Source: an uncultured Leptospirales bacterium | Lineage (GTDB): Bacteria; Spirochaetota; UBA4802; UBA5550 | Length of the DNA stretch: 53,098 bases | Assembly (NCBI GenBank): GCA_964423905.1 | Contig: CAYRGX010000027.1 | Location: forward strand, 1-53,098 | Reading direction: 5' to 3' | Program-made: the position numbers and the translations under genes | Notes under the pieces: model-generated | Database searches by the model: none | Seen by the model: the letters and a program-made list of their open reading frames with translations, nothing else | What the model was told of the DNA's origin: nothing | Shown: piece by piece, positions 18,753 to 28,774 of the stretch | Layout: each line of letters begins with the position of its first letter | Position numbering within the stretch: position 1 is the first letter of the stretch

Positions 18753-18784
18753 ATTTCGATATCGTCACATATTATATCGAAATC
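18753..18784 (+). promoter_or_regulatory. 10-bp perfect inverted repeat ATTTCGATAT-N12-ATATCGAAAT upstream of the Omp85-family gene
   Basis: Seen directly in the sequence. Lies 20 bp upstream of the AGGAGG RBS and ATG at 18805. Confidence 0.3.
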
Positions 18785-18804
18785 GATTTTAAGGAGGATT
18801 ATCG

Positions 18805-20169
18805 ATGGAAAGGAAATGGCGTATCCTTGCGTTCATGCTCATATCGCTTTTCGCAGTATCCCCCCTCTTCGCCGACAAATTGGACGAAGAAACCCTGAAA
18901 AAGAAAAAACGCGGATGGTACTTCACCGGACTTCCGCTTATCAGCTATAACACCGATAACGGCCTTGGCTACGGCGCCCGGGTCTATTTCTACCACAATG
19001 GCAAGGACGAGGACCCCGGTTTCGACGAGTCCCCGTATTTCACCCAGCTCTTCGCGCAGTTCTACCAGACGACCGGCGGCTACCAGTATCATACGCTGGA
19101 CCTCGACCAGTACAGGCCATTCGGCCTCGACCTGCGCGTCCAGATCGTGTTCCTCTGGGACATTAAAACGAACGCGAACTACTACGGCATCGGCGGCCGG
19201 ACCACCCACCGGAGCCTCGAGGATGCCAACCTGATCACGCATAAATCATACAAGCACTACTGGAAAACCTTTCTCATGAAATACGACTCGATCTTCTTCG
19301 TGCCGAACGACATCTACCACTGGTACACGAAGGTGAACTACAAGTACAACCAGTACAAGTACAACAAACCGGGCGGGTACATCAACTTCATCGGCAAGAT
19401 AGTCGTGCCGGAACTCCAGTACATCGTTGGATTCCAGGCACAGTGGGTCGGCATTGAAAAATGGGACATGCACGGCTACAAGCTCAACGGCCACCGATGG
19501 GCCTCGCTCAAGCCGACGAAGCTCATGTGGGAGCGTCCGCGCGGCTACAACGGCGGGTGGGTCAACTATCTTCGCCTCGGTCTCGCGTACAAGGCCCTCG
19601 ACTACGAACCCGATCCGCGCAAGGGCTACATGGCCGACTACAGTTTCGAAATGTCCCAGAAATTCTTCGGTTCCGATTACATTTACTATCGCAACACCCT
19701 CGGGTTCCGCGGATACTACACCCTGTGGAACCACCTGACCTTCGCGGCGCGCATCGCCTACACGAACGCGGCCTACCATATGCCGTTTTTCGAAATGGCC
19801 ACGTTCGCCTTCCCGTGGAACAGGCAGACGGGCCTCGGCGGGAACAGGACCCTTCGCGGCTACAAGGAAGCGCGCTTCGTAGGCCCCACCATGACCATGG
19901 GCAACGTGGAGCTGCGCTATCACATCGGGGACATCATGATACCCGTTCTTGGACGCTTCGGCCTGAAGATCGTCGCATTTTGTGACATAGGAAACGCCTA
20001 CGACAAACCGGGCGATCCCTTCGTGCACCCCCGCTGGAAGGACTACAAGTATTCCTACGGCGGCGGCATAGTCATACCATGGAACCTGGCGACCATCATC
20101 CACGTGTACTACTCGATGAGCGAGGAGGACAGCGCGATCTCCGTCGACTTCAAGCACGCGATCCAGTAA
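18805..20169 (+). CDS. Omp85/BamA-family outer-membrane beta-barrel protein (surface antigen D15-like, no obvious POTRA)
   Basis: Signal peptide, then a Tyr/Gly/aromatic-rich sequence with the alternating amphipathic beta-strand pattern typical of an outer-membrane barrel. AGGAGG RBS. Confidence 0.55.
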   Translation: MERKWRILAFMLISLFAVSPLFADKLDEETLKKKKRGWYFTGLPLISYNTDNGLGYGARVYFYHNGKDEDPGFDESPYFTQLFAQFYQTTGGYQYHTLDLDQYRPFGLDLRVQIVFLWDIKTNANYYGIGGRTTHRSLEDANLITHKSYKHYWKTFLMKYDSIFFVPNDIYHWYTKVNYKYNQYKYNKPGGYINFIGKIVVPELQYIVGFQAQWVGIEKWDMHGYKLNGHRWASLKPTKLMWERPRGYNGGWVNYLRLGLAYKALDYEPDPRKGYMADYSFEMSQKFFGSDYIYYRNTLGFRGYYTLWNHLTFAARIAYTNAAYHMPFFEMATFAFPWNRQTGLGGNRTLRGYKEARFVGPTMTMGNVELRYHIGDIMIPVLGRFGLKIVAFCDIGNAYDKPGDPFVHPRWKDYKYSYGGGIVIPWNLATIIHVYYSMSEEDSAISVDFKHAIQ

Positions 20170-20191
20170 CGCGGGCGTAACGCCAACACAA

Positions 20192-20222
20192 AGCGGGGGG
20201 ATTGCAGTCCCTCCGCTTTTTT
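20192..20222 (+). terminator. rho-independent terminator
   Basis: Hairpin GCGGGGGGA-ttgcag-TCCCTCCGC followed by a T8 run. Confidence 0.55.
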
Positions 20223-20272
20223 ATATTTCCACCCCGCCGGAGGGGACGAAAAGCCACATTCGGGGCGACGCC

Positions 20273-20641
20273 ATGCTTAAAGAATACGGTAACGTGAGCC
20301 AGAACGAAGCGGACAGGGGAATCTTCCGCAGGTGGTTCTACGACGATTATTTCGACCTGGTCGTCTGGTACGGCGACACCCGGGAGGTGGTGGGATTTCA
20401 GCTCTGCTACGACAGGCTGCGCGACCCCCACGCATACACCTGGTACGCGAAGTCGGGCGGCGGCCACAACAGGATTGACACCGGCCCTGAGTTGCACAAT
20501 CTGCAGACTCCCATATTGGTCAAAGACGGAATCTTCCCCATGAAGATGGTCAGCGCCCGCTTCAGCGAGGCGAGCCGCGGCATAGATCCAGCCGTGCGCG
20601 AGCTCGTCATCGGCGTCCTCGCCGGGGCGAAGGGCGAGTGA
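20273..20641 (+). CDS. hypothetical protein (co-transcribed with photolyase)
   Basis: 122-aa ORF whose stop overlaps the photolyase GTG start (GTGA). Confidence 0.4.
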   Translation: MLKEYGNVSQNEADRGIFRRWFYDDYFDLVVWYGDTREVVGFQLCYDRLRDPHAYTWYAKSGGGHNRIDTGPELHNLQTPILVKDGIFPMKMVSARFSEASRGIDPAVRELVIGVLAGAKGE

Positions 20642-21978
20642 TCCATGACTCCCGCATACGGCGCCTCAACGACCGGCCGGAGGCCGCGGGCGGGCGCGTG
20701 GTGTACTGGATGCAGCAATCGCAGCGCACACGCTACAACCATGCCCTTGAATTCGCGATTGACCAGGCCAACCGCCTTCGACTGCCCCTCACCGTCTGTT
20801 TTTTCCTGACCGGGGATTACCCCGGCGCCTCGGCCCGGCACTATGCGTTCTTGCTGGAGGGGCTCTGCGACGTGCGGGAGGGGCTCGCGGCGCGCGGCAT
20901 CCCGTTCGACCTGCGGATCGGCGATCCCCCGCGGGGCGTCGCCGGCGCCGCGCGGGACGCGGCGCTCGTGGTGGCCGATCGCGGCTACATGCCGGTCCAG
21001 CGCCGGTGGCGCGAGCGGGCCGCCGCGCTCCTCGACGTTCCTCTCGTGGAAGTGGAAAGCGATGCCGTGGTTCCTGTCGCCGTCGCCTCGCAGAAAAAGG
21101 AATACTCGGCCGCCACCCTTCGCCCGAAGATCATGAAGGCCTATACCGCGTTTCTTCACCCGCTCGCGGAGCGGGCCGTCGGCATTTCATCCGAGCGGGA
21201 CGGGGATTCGCTCGATCCGCGCGACGCGGCCCTCATCGTCGGGCGTCTCGGCGTGCCCGCGTTCCCCCAGCCGGTCCCGGGCGCCAGGGGGGGACAGGCG
21301 GCGGCCGCCGAAACGCTTTCACGCTTCATCGAGACGAAGCTCGACGGCTTCGACGTGAACCGCAACGACCCGGGCAGGGACGCGTGCTCCGGCCTGTCGC
21401 CCTACCTCCACTTCGGGCACATATCCCCCCTTGAAGCGGCGCGTGCCGCGCTCGACACGGACTCGCCCGGCAGGGACCGCTTCATCGAGGAGCTCGTGGT
21501 CCGCCGCGAGCTTTCACTCAACTTCGCGGCGCACGAGCCCGCCTGCGATTCGTACGGCGGCCTCCCTCGCTGGGCGCGCGAGAGCCTCGCGAAGCACGCG
21601 CGCGATTCGCGCGAATACCTGTACGGACCCGGGGAGCTCGAAAACGCGCGCACCCACGACCCGTACTGGAACGCGGCCCAGCGCGAAATGACGGCGCTCG
21701 GCCGCATGCACGGGTACATGCGCATGTACTGGGCGAAAAAAATACTGGAATGGAGCGCGTCGCCCGAGGAGGCCTGGCGCACGGCGCTGTCGCTCAACGA
21801 CCGGTACAGCCTCGACGGCCGCGATCCCAACAGCCTCGCGGGCGTGGGATGGTGCTTCGGCCTTCACGACCGCCCGTGGGCGGAGAGGCCCGTGTTCGGC
21901 TTGGTAAGGTACATGAACCAGGCGGGACTCCGCCGCAAGTTCGACATGGAGCCCTACGTGGCCCGCCACTCGTCATGA
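20638..21978 (+). CDS. deoxyribodipyrimidine photolyase, class II (CPD photolyase)
   Basis: Class II N-terminal signature (IRRLN ... RVVYWMQQSQR) and a FAD-binding C-terminal region (MHGYMRMYWAKKILEW). GTG start. Confidence 0.85.
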   Translation: MIHDSRIRRLNDRPEAAGGRVVYWMQQSQRTRYNHALEFAIDQANRLRLPLTVCFFLTGDYPGASARHYAFLLEGLCDVREGLAARGIPFDLRIGDPPRGVAGAARDAALVVADRGYMPVQRRWRERAAALLDVPLVEVESDAVVPVAVASQKKEYSAATLRPKIMKAYTAFLHPLAERAVGISSERDGDSLDPRDAALIVGRLGVPAFPQPVPGARGGQAAAAETLSRFIETKLDGFDVNRNDPGRDACSGLSPYLHFGHISPLEAARAALDTDSPGRDRFIEELVVRRELSLNFAAHEPACDSYGGLPRWARESLAKHARDSREYLYGPGELENARTHDPYWNAAQREMTALGRMHGYMRMYWAKKILEWSASPEEAWRTALSLNDRYSLDGRDPNSLAGVGWCFGLHDRPWAERPVFGLVRYMNQAGLRRKFDMEPYVARHSS

Positions 21979-22596
21979 CAGGCCGGCGGGCGGCGGAGAG
22001 CCTTGCCCGCCGTTCTTCGCCCCGCGTTCCACCCGTCTGTTCCGGATAATCACCCAGAGCACGTGCGCAGTGAGGATCGCCGCGCCCGCGGCCAGGATCA
22101 ATTTCTCGTAGCGCTTCACGTCCTCGATGATAATTTCGATCGTCTGCCCGAAAAAATAGCCCGCGCACCCGACCAGGAGCGTCCAGGCCACGCCGCTGGC
22201 GAAGTTCAAAAGCAGGAACTTTCTGAACGAAATGTTGCTGAGGCCGATGGCGAACGGCGCGACGGTACGCAACCCGTAGAGGAACCTGAACGCGAGGATG
22301 ACCGGAGTGTGGAAGCGGTCCAGCAGACTCCTGAAGCGCGCGAGCTTCTCGCCGAGGCGGGGACGCTTCTCGATGAACTGCAACCCCCGTCTGCGCCCTA
22401 TGTAAAAATACAGCTGGTCGCCGATGAACGTTCCGATAAACCCGCAGGTCAGGACCGCCGGAAGGGAAAGGTATCCCCTGTGCGCGGCAAAACCGGCGAT
22501 GATGAGGATCGTTTCACCCTCGAAAAAGGTACCGATAACTATCGCCTGGTAACCGAATGTCGATATGAACCATTGCAGATCCATGTCTATTCCCAA
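21973..22596 (-). CDS. DedA family membrane protein
   Basis: DedA/SNARE-associated pattern (FFEGETILIIAGFAA ... YFYIGRRRG). Confidence 0.8.
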   Translation of the reverse strand: MGIDMDLQWFISTFGYQAIVIGTFFEGETILIIAGFAAHRGYLSLPAVLTCGFIGTFIGDQLYFYIGRRRGLQFIEKRPRLGEKLARFRSLLDRFHTPVILAFRFLYGLRTVAPFAIGLSNISFRKFLLLNFASGVAWTLLVGCAGYFFGQTIEIIIEDVKRYEKLILAAGAAILTAHVLWVIIRNRRVERGAKNGGQGSPPPAGLS

Positions 22597-22686
22597 AACA
22601 ATGCTGGTTTTTCTTTGTTTTTAGTCCGATCAACGGCTAGGAAAACCAATTTTCCCCGGTTTTGCAAACATTTTATTCCATTGGTG

Positions 22687-22737
22687 TTGACCGATTGAAT
22701 AGTGGTGTATATATTAATAATTAGACCGACGGTCGGT
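22687..22737 (+). promoter_or_regulatory. putative promoter (TTGACC-17 nt-TATATT) with a 13-bp perfect palindrome ACCGACGGTCGGT just downstream (TetR operator candidate)
   Basis: -35 at 22687-22692, -10 at 22710-22715, palindrome at 22725-22737. The TetR ATG is at 22760. Confidence 0.45.
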
Positions 22738-22759
22738 TTATTAATTTCAGGATATATCC

Positions 22760-23446
22760 ATGGCAAGGACAGCAAAAAACCATGAAGCAAAGCTCAACGA
22801 GCTTCTGGATGTCGCACAGGCCCTGTTTCTCGAAAAGGGATTCGAGAATGCGACAATGAACGACATACTCGGCAAGGCCCGCATCTCGAAGGGCGCGCTG
22901 TACCATTACTTCGCATCGAAGGAGGATATTCTCGACAGGCTGACGGCGCGAATGTCATCGATGATAATCGAAAAGTCGAGGCACGTAATGGATGATCCCG
23001 GTATCGACGCCCCGGAGCGGCTGAGACTCCTTATGAAGGAAAACCGCGCCTTCAAACTCGAGCAGGGCACGTTCATGGTTTTCCTTCTCAGGACCCTCTA
23101 TTCCGATGCCAATCTGCTCCTCAGGTACAGGCTCTCGCGCAGGATGGTCGGCATACAGGTTCCCTATTTCCGGGCCATAATCGAGCAGGGAAACAGGGAG
23201 GGCCATTTCAACGTCGGGAATCCCGGGGAAACGGCCTCGATCATATCGGTGACGAATATCGCTTTTTCGGAGATCCTCGTCCCGCTCTTTCTCGAACTCC
23301 CTCAGAAGCCCGGGAACGCGGATGCCATCCGCCGCCATTACCGCGCGCTGACCGACGCGATAACAGGGATACTCGGCTCGAGGCAGGGTTCCTTCGGGGG
23401 GGACGACGACATGGAAGGATTCATACAAATTTTCAGCGGGGCCTGA
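22760..23446 (+). CDS. TetR/AcrR family transcriptional regulator
   Basis: N-terminal HTH (ATMNDILGKARISKGALYHYFASKEDIL). Confidence 0.85.
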   Translation: MARTAKNHEAKLNELLDVAQALFLEKGFENATMNDILGKARISKGALYHYFASKEDILDRLTARMSSMIIEKSRHVMDDPGIDAPERLRLLMKENRAFKLEQGTFMVFLLRTLYSDANLLLRYRLSRRMVGIQVPYFRAIIEQGNREGHFNVGNPGETASIISVTNIAFSEILVPLFLELPQKPGNADAIRRHYRALTDAITGILGSRQGSFGGDDDMEGFIQIFSGA

Positions 23447-23474
23447 ACAGATACCCGCTCACACGACAGGAGGC

Positions 23475-24200
23475 ATGATCATGAACACAAACACTGCTGC
23501 AGGCGCGACGCTCAACAGGGCGGGCGTCATAAGAATCATAACGGTCGTTGCATTCACCGCGCTTCAGATGACGGTTTTTTTTATCGCCGCCGGGGATCCC
23601 ACGCTTGTTCGGGGCTGGATCTATTTCGGACTCTCGCTGGGATACGTGCTAATAATGATGCTCTATATATTCATACGGCACCCGGAAATGGTCGAGCTGG
23701 TGAATGAAAGGGGCAAGTACAAGGAAAACACGAAATGGTGGGACAAGCTCTTCATGGTGTTCTATACGCCCGTGCTGTTCGCCATGCCGGCCCTGTCGGG
23801 ACTCGATGTATCGCGCTTCCGTTGGAGCGAGACTCCCTTCTGGCTGACATGGCCCGGTATCGCGCTTTTCATCGCATCCGGGCTGCTGGTGCACGGGGCG
23901 ATGATCGTCAACAGGCACTTCGAGACGACCGTCCGTATTCAGGACGACAGGGAGCACTCCGTGGTGTCAACCGGTCCCTATGGCTTCATCCGTCACCCGG
24001 GCTACCTGGGCATGATGGGCCTCAACCTCGCGTTCCCTTTGATAACAGGATCGCTCTGGAGCCTTGTCCCCGCCGGCATGATCGTGCTGCTCCTTTTTCT
24101 CCGTACGGGCCTGGAGGACCGCATGCTGAGGAGGGAGCTCCCCGGCTATGACGAATATGCGCACAGGGTGCGCCACAGGCTTGTGCCGCTGATCTGGTGA
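23475..24200 (+). CDS. isoprenylcysteine carboxyl methyltransferase (ICMT)/phospholipid methyltransferase family membrane protein
   Basis: Multi-TM protein with RHPGY and EDRMLRRE(F)..YDEY motifs of the ICMT/PEMT family. Confidence 0.7.
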   Translation: MIMNTNTAAGATLNRAGVIRIITVVAFTALQMTVFFIAAGDPTLVRGWIYFGLSLGYVLIMMLYIFIRHPEMVELVNERGKYKENTKWWDKLFMVFYTPVLFAMPALSGLDVSRFRWSETPFWLTWPGIALFIASGLLVHGAMIVNRHFETTVRIQDDREHSVVSTGPYGFIRHPGYLGMMGLNLAFPLITGSLWSLVPAGMIVLLLFLRTGLEDRMLRRELPGYDEYAHRVRHRLVPLIW

Positions 24201-24352
24201 GATTGTCATGGGAGGGGGTATCCCCCCTCCCATTGTTCCGGTCTTCCTTTGCAATTATCCACTCCGTCCCTGATGCTTTTTTTACTTGCATAAATGGCGC
24301 TATTCATGAGATATAAAATTTCAGTATTAATAATTTTTTCGAGGAGAAAGAC

Positions 24353-24841
24353 ATGAAAAAACTGATGGTTTTTGCTCTAATGTTCAGCATTGCGGGCCTC
24401 GCCGGTATACTGTCCTGTAAATCGACCGTAAAATATCCTTCAGGCGACGTATATGTCGGGAAAGTCAACAAGACGAACCGGGAAGGCACAGGCGAGTATG
24501 CATGGAAGGCCGGCGACAAATATAGCGGCGAATACAAAAACCAGAAACGCAACGGCAAAGGGACCTATACCTGGGCCAACGGCGACGTATACGCGGGCAC
24601 CTACAAGGACAACCTGAAAGACGGCAAAGGCGTGTACACCTGGAAAAGCGGCGATAAATACGATGGCGATTTCAAGGACGGGTTCATGACCGGGAAAGGC
24701 ACCTACACCTGGGCGAACGGCGACATCTATGTCGGCGATTTCGTGAACGACATGCGCCAGGGCCAGGGAATCATGACCTACAAGGCCGACGGGAAGAAGC
24801 TCGAAGGCAAGTGGGATAAAAACGTTTACATGGGCCAATAG
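24353..24841 (+). CDS. MORN-repeat lipoprotein
   Basis: Lipobox ILSC, then about 5 tandem Y.G..K.G.G.Y.W.(N/S)GD.Y.G repeats. Confidence 0.75.
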   Translation: MKKLMVFALMFSIAGLAGILSCKSTVKYPSGDVYVGKVNKTNREGTGEYAWKAGDKYSGEYKNQKRNGKGTYTWANGDVYAGTYKDNLKDGKGVYTWKSGDKYDGDFKDGFMTGKGTYTWANGDIYVGDFVNDMRQGQGIMTYKADGKKLEGKWDKNVYMGQ

Positions 24842-24863
24842 GCTGCCCCAATCCGCGCACCGC

Positions 24864-26264
24864 ATGAAAGGGATAGTCTTCGACGCCTGGGACTATACCG
24901 CCGATGATACATTCATAAAGGCGAACTACCGGTATACCGGCAGCAGGGACGAAGGGTGGAACGTTACGCGTAACGGCGCGTTCCATCTCTCCCTGGGGCC
25001 CGGCTACCTGCCCCTCAGGATCGAGGCGTGCGGGATCTGCGGCACCGATCTCTCGAGAAGATATTTACCGTTTCCACTGCCCCAGGTTATAGGGCACGAA
25101 GTCTCCGCCGCCGATCCCTCGACCGGCGCGCGCTATACCGTCGAAATAAACGATTCGTGCGCCGCGCGCGGCGATGCCGCGCCGGAGGTGTTCTGCCGCG
25201 AGGGCATTCCCACGCACTGCCCTGAACGGCGCGTGCTCGGGATCGACCGCCTTCCCGGCGGGTTCGGGCCGTGGATACTCGCGCCCGTGAACGCGATGGT
25301 GCCCGCGGGGGAACTCTCCCCCGCCGAGGCCACCCTGGTGGAGCCCCTCGCCGCCGCGCTGCACGCGGTGCGGAACTCGCAACCCCGGCGCGGCGACCGC
25401 GTGGCGGTCCTCGGTACGGGAAGGCTCGGACTGCTCATCACGGCATGCCTCGCGTCCGGGCCGGGCGCGGAAATCGAGCTGACCGCCTTCGGCAGGAACG
25501 ACGCCGGACTCGCGCACGCGCGTTCCCTCGGCGCGCACCGAACGGTCGTGGCGGGGCGCCGGCCCGCGGAAGGCGACCGGCGCGCCTACGATCTCGTCTT
25601 CGACGCCACGGGCTCACCCGACGGGTTCGCGCTCGCGCTCGCTCTCGCGCGGCGGGAGGTGCACCTCAAGTCGACGCACGGCAGGGAATGCCTCGGGATA
25701 CGCCATCTTACGGAAATGGTCGTCGACGAGATCGCGATCCTTCCGTTCTCGGAACGGGGCCTTTCCTTCATGTGGGAGGGGGATAGCCGCCGCAACGACT
25801 GCCTGTTCGTACACGAGGGCGCCGCGGGCATCGCGGCGCCGCCCGGGATACAAAGTGTCGGGGGAAGCCCCCTCGAGGGGCTTTCGCGCGCGGAGGGATT
25901 CACCGCCCGCCTTCCGCGCTTTGATCTTGCCGTGGTGTCAGACACCGCGGGGCTCGACGCGGTGCTCCGCCCGGACCCGTCGAGGGAAATATCGCTCGTG
26001 CGGCCGCGCGGCGCGGTCCTGCTTTCGGGCGGCGACAGCGGCAACCCGCTTGACAATTTCATCGCGGGGGGCGGCACGGTGCGCACCTCCCGTTGCGGAA
26101 GCCATCGCGATGTAATGAAGCTCCTCGCGGCCGATCCCGCCCTGCCGGGACGGCTCGCCGAGGCGCTCATCGTTCGCGCCTTCCCGGCCCGGGACTTATC
26201 CTCCGCGTTCAGGGTGGCCCGGGAACCGGGTGCCCTGAAGATTGTCGTGGAACAAGGGGTGTGA
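24864..26264 (+). CDS. zinc-binding alcohol dehydrogenase-like (MDR superfamily) protein with C-terminal extension
   Basis: CGICGTDL and GHE zinc-ligand motifs and a Rossmann GTGRLG. The 466-aa length exceeds a canonical MDR. Confidence 0.6.
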   Translation: MKGIVFDAWDYTADDTFIKANYRYTGSRDEGWNVTRNGAFHLSLGPGYLPLRIEACGICGTDLSRRYLPFPLPQVIGHEVSAADPSTGARYTVEINDSCAARGDAAPEVFCREGIPTHCPERRVLGIDRLPGGFGPWILAPVNAMVPAGELSPAEATLVEPLAAALHAVRNSQPRRGDRVAVLGTGRLGLLITACLASGPGAEIELTAFGRNDAGLAHARSLGAHRTVVAGRRPAEGDRRAYDLVFDATGSPDGFALALALARREVHLKSTHGRECLGIRHLTEMVVDEIAILPFSERGLSFMWEGDSRRNDCLFVHEGAAGIAAPPGIQSVGGSPLEGLSRAEGFTARLPRFDLAVVSDTAGLDAVLRPDPSREISLVRPRGAVLLSGGDSGNPLDNFIAGGGTVRTSRCGSHRDVMKLLAADPALPGRLAEALIVRAFPARDLSSAFRVAREPGALKIVVEQGV

Positions 26265-26346
26265 TCCTTCCGCGTGAAGGATTTACTCTTGACATGAATC
26301 GGCATCAGTAAGCATTTTTCAAAATACTGTCGGGGGAAACACGATC

Positions 26347-27990
26347 ATGGAAGCGCCAAACCAATCAGTCATGGAAGCCCTCGAAATAAAGGGGAGCTTT
26401 CTCTACATCATTTCACTCATCGTGTTGTCGCTCTTCGCCAACGGGTTCCAGATCATCGCGAAGGTTGACATGCGGGGCGTAGTCGTGCCGGCGGTCGCGA
26501 ACGTATTTAACATTCTTATCGCGATCATCATTTACCTGAGAAAAAAATCCCGAAAAAGCGTGCACATACTTCCGTGGATCGTCGGTTTCACCACCGTAAC
26601 CATCCCTATCCTCGCGAAATACAATTACGTTCGGATGATCGGCTACAACAGCGACGGGTGGACATTCGCCATGGAATCGTATAACACGTCGATCCTTTTC
26701 GTCATATTCGTGTGCATCCTCTACCTGCTCTACAACAGGCGGGTGTTCATCGTATACGCGGTCTACGCAATCGTCAACTGGACCGCGTTCATCTTCATCG
26801 CCATAAGCCAGGGCGCGGTCATTCACATGGACGCCTGGGAGGGCGGCAAGCCCGTGCACGGTATGATCATCATGCGCGAGGCCTTTTTCGTCGTCATTGT
26901 CATGTACCTTTTCTACCTGGTTTACAAGTTCATTCCCATCATCCACGAATTCGACCGTCGGACCACGAAGCAGCGCGAGATCATCCAGTCGCAGGCCGAC
27001 CGCCAGAAGCAGATCACCGACGACATCAAGGAGAGCGTTAACGGGCTCTTCACCCAGGTGGACCAGCAGAACGACCTGATAACCAACTTCAACGACAAGA
27101 TGCAGAGCCAGAGCGCGACCTTCGAGGAGCTGTCCGCGGCACTCGAGGAGCTGCTCGGCTCCGCGGAAAACATCCACGGCTCGTCCGTAGACCAGATCGA
27201 CGGAAACGTGCGCATGGAGACCATCGTCGGCGAATTCAAGAACATCAAGCTCGAGACGAAGGAAAAGCTCGGCAGCACCTACCGGGACATCGACATGGTC
27301 GTCACCAGCAGCGCCGAGACCAACGAGAAGCTCCAGGAGGTGGAGCGCACCATCGACAAGATCAAAACCCAGAGCGACCGCATCGGCGAGACCGTCACCA
27401 TCATCACCGACATCGCCGACAAGATCAACCTGCTCTCGCTGAACGCCTCGATAGAGGCCGCCAGGGCCGGGGAGTTCGGCAGGGGCTTCGCGGTCGTGGC
27501 CGACGAGATCGGCAAGCTCGCCTACCAGACGAGCGAGAGCATCAAGGAGGTCGAGAGCGTGCTCCAGGAAAACACGCGCATCACGCGCGACGGAGTGGAC
27601 GTGATCAACCACACGGCCGAGCTCATGAAGGGCCTCCTCGCGAGCATGACCGAGACGTCCAACAAGATCAAGGTCCTGCAGGAAAGCATCCTCATCGAGG
27701 AAAAGTACATCAACATCATCATCGACCAGATGTTCAAGAACATCGAGCTCGCCAGGAACATCGGCCATGGGACCGACGAGCAGAAAACCGCCATCAAGAG
27801 CAGCTCGGACGCCATCGAGCAGGTGAACGCGCTCGTGATCGAGATGGTCCGGGAGATGCAGGCCCTGGCCTCCACCTCGAGCACGATCCTGGCGCACGCG
27901 ACAGGGGCTCCTGGAGAAGGCGAAATCCGCATAAATCGGCTCTCTCCATGCCCCTGTCCTTCCCGCGGGACGCGCATCCATGCTATTTGA
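26347..27990 (+). CDS. methyl-accepting chemotaxis protein with polytopic (~6-7 TM) N-terminal domain
   Basis: Highly conserved MCP signalling core ([31 protein letters not shown]). No periplasmic ligand-binding domain is evident. Confidence 0.85.
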   Translation: MEAPNQSVMEALEIKGSFLYIISLIVLSLFANGFQIIAKVDMRGVVVPAVANVFNILIAIIIYLRKKSRKSVHILPWIVGFTTVTIPILAKYNYVRMIGYNSDGWTFAMESYNTSILFVIFVCILYLLYNRRVFIVYAVYAIVNWTAFIFIAISQGAVIHMDAWEGGKPVHGMIIMREAFFVVIVMYLFYLVYKFIPIIHEFDRRTTKQREIIQSQADRQKQITDDIKESVNGLFTQVDQQNDLITNFNDKMQSQSATFEELSAALEELLGSAENIHGSSVDQIDGNVRMETIVGEFKNIKLETKEKLGSTYRDIDMVVTSSAETNEKLQEVERTIDKIKTQSDRIGETVTIITDIADKINLLSLNASIEAARAGEFGRGFAVVADEIGKLAYQTSESIKEVESVLQENTRITRDGVDVINHTAELMKGLLASMTETSNKIKVLQESILIEEKYINIIIDQMFKNIELARNIGHGTDEQKTAIKSSSDAIEQVNALVIEMVREMQALASTSSTILAHATGAPGEGEIRINRLSPCPCPSRGTRIHAI

Positions 27991-28055
27991 TTTGACAGGA
28001 GCACATTGCCGTGCATGAATGCATGCGCTCGATCCGGTGACAGGAGAAAAATGCG

Positions 28056-28673
28056 TTGAAGGGAAACAATGCCGTTCCCGCACCCGTTACGCTCGGGGAT
28101 ATACTCCCCGGCTGCAGAAAGCCGGCCGCGAGACCGAAACCGCTGCGCCGGATACTGCTCGCCATCCTCCTCCTGTCGGGATCCTCTGTCTGTGCATGGC
28201 AGGACAGGCTGACCGTGATGGACTACTACCTCGACCTGCCCGCCGAGCTCTTCTACTGCGAGACCAGGCCGGCCGACCTGTCGAAGGAATTCAAAAAACG
28301 ACAGATCAAAAAAAAGAATATCGGGGCAGGATATATCCTCGCGAACTCGGAGGGCTTCCCGATGGAGGTGGCGCTCTTCACCGACCGCCCCACGGGCACG
28401 GTCGTGGTGGCCGTGAACAGGACATGCGGCGCGGGCTGCATGTGCAACGAATTCAGGCTGCTCAGGCCCGCGGGAAAGGGAACGTGGACCGGGTTCGATG
28501 GATTCCCCTCTTCCGATGAAATACGCGCCGCCACGGGCATGTCCGAACCCGATTTCGAGCTCGTCCTGCCCGGGCGCGGAACGGACATCAAGGTCATCGA
28601 TCGCGAATCTCGCAGGGTGCTCGCCCTGATCGAATGGACCGGCGGCAGGTTCGTGCTGAAGAAAAAACGCTGA
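28056..28673 (+). CDS. hypothetical secreted Cys-containing protein
   Basis: TTG start behind AGGAG. Hydrophobic signal-like segment LLAILLLSGSSVCA. The start is uncertain. Confidence 0.4.
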   Translation: MKGNNAVPAPVTLGDILPGCRKPAARPKPLRRILLAILLLSGSSVCAWQDRLTVMDYYLDLPAELFYCETRPADLSKEFKKRQIKKKNIGAGYILANSEGFPMEVALFTDRPTGTVVVAVNRTCGAGCMCNEFRLLRPAGKGTWTGFDGFPSSDEIRAATGMSEPDFELVLPGRGTDIKVIDRESRRVLALIEWTGGRFVLKKKR

Positions 28674-28744
28674 CGCCTGACGGCCGGTTATCCCGCGTTA
28701 TTTTTCCGAAAAAATGCTTGCCCAAATTGGTTGACTTATCAAAT

Positions 28745-28758
28745 ATTGATATATCAAT
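28745..28758 (+). promoter_or_regulatory. 14-bp perfect palindrome ATTGATATATCAAT (MarR operator candidate), adjacent to the half-palindrome TTGACTTATCAA
   Basis: Seen directly in the sequence. Lies 17 bp upstream of the marR ATG at 28775. Confidence 0.45.
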
Positions 28759-28774
28759 CAATTTGGAGGAATCG

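Noticed and set aside
26413-28083. 556-aa minus-strand ORF
   Set aside because: Antisense to the MCP gene; Asp/Val/Leu/His-rich junk.
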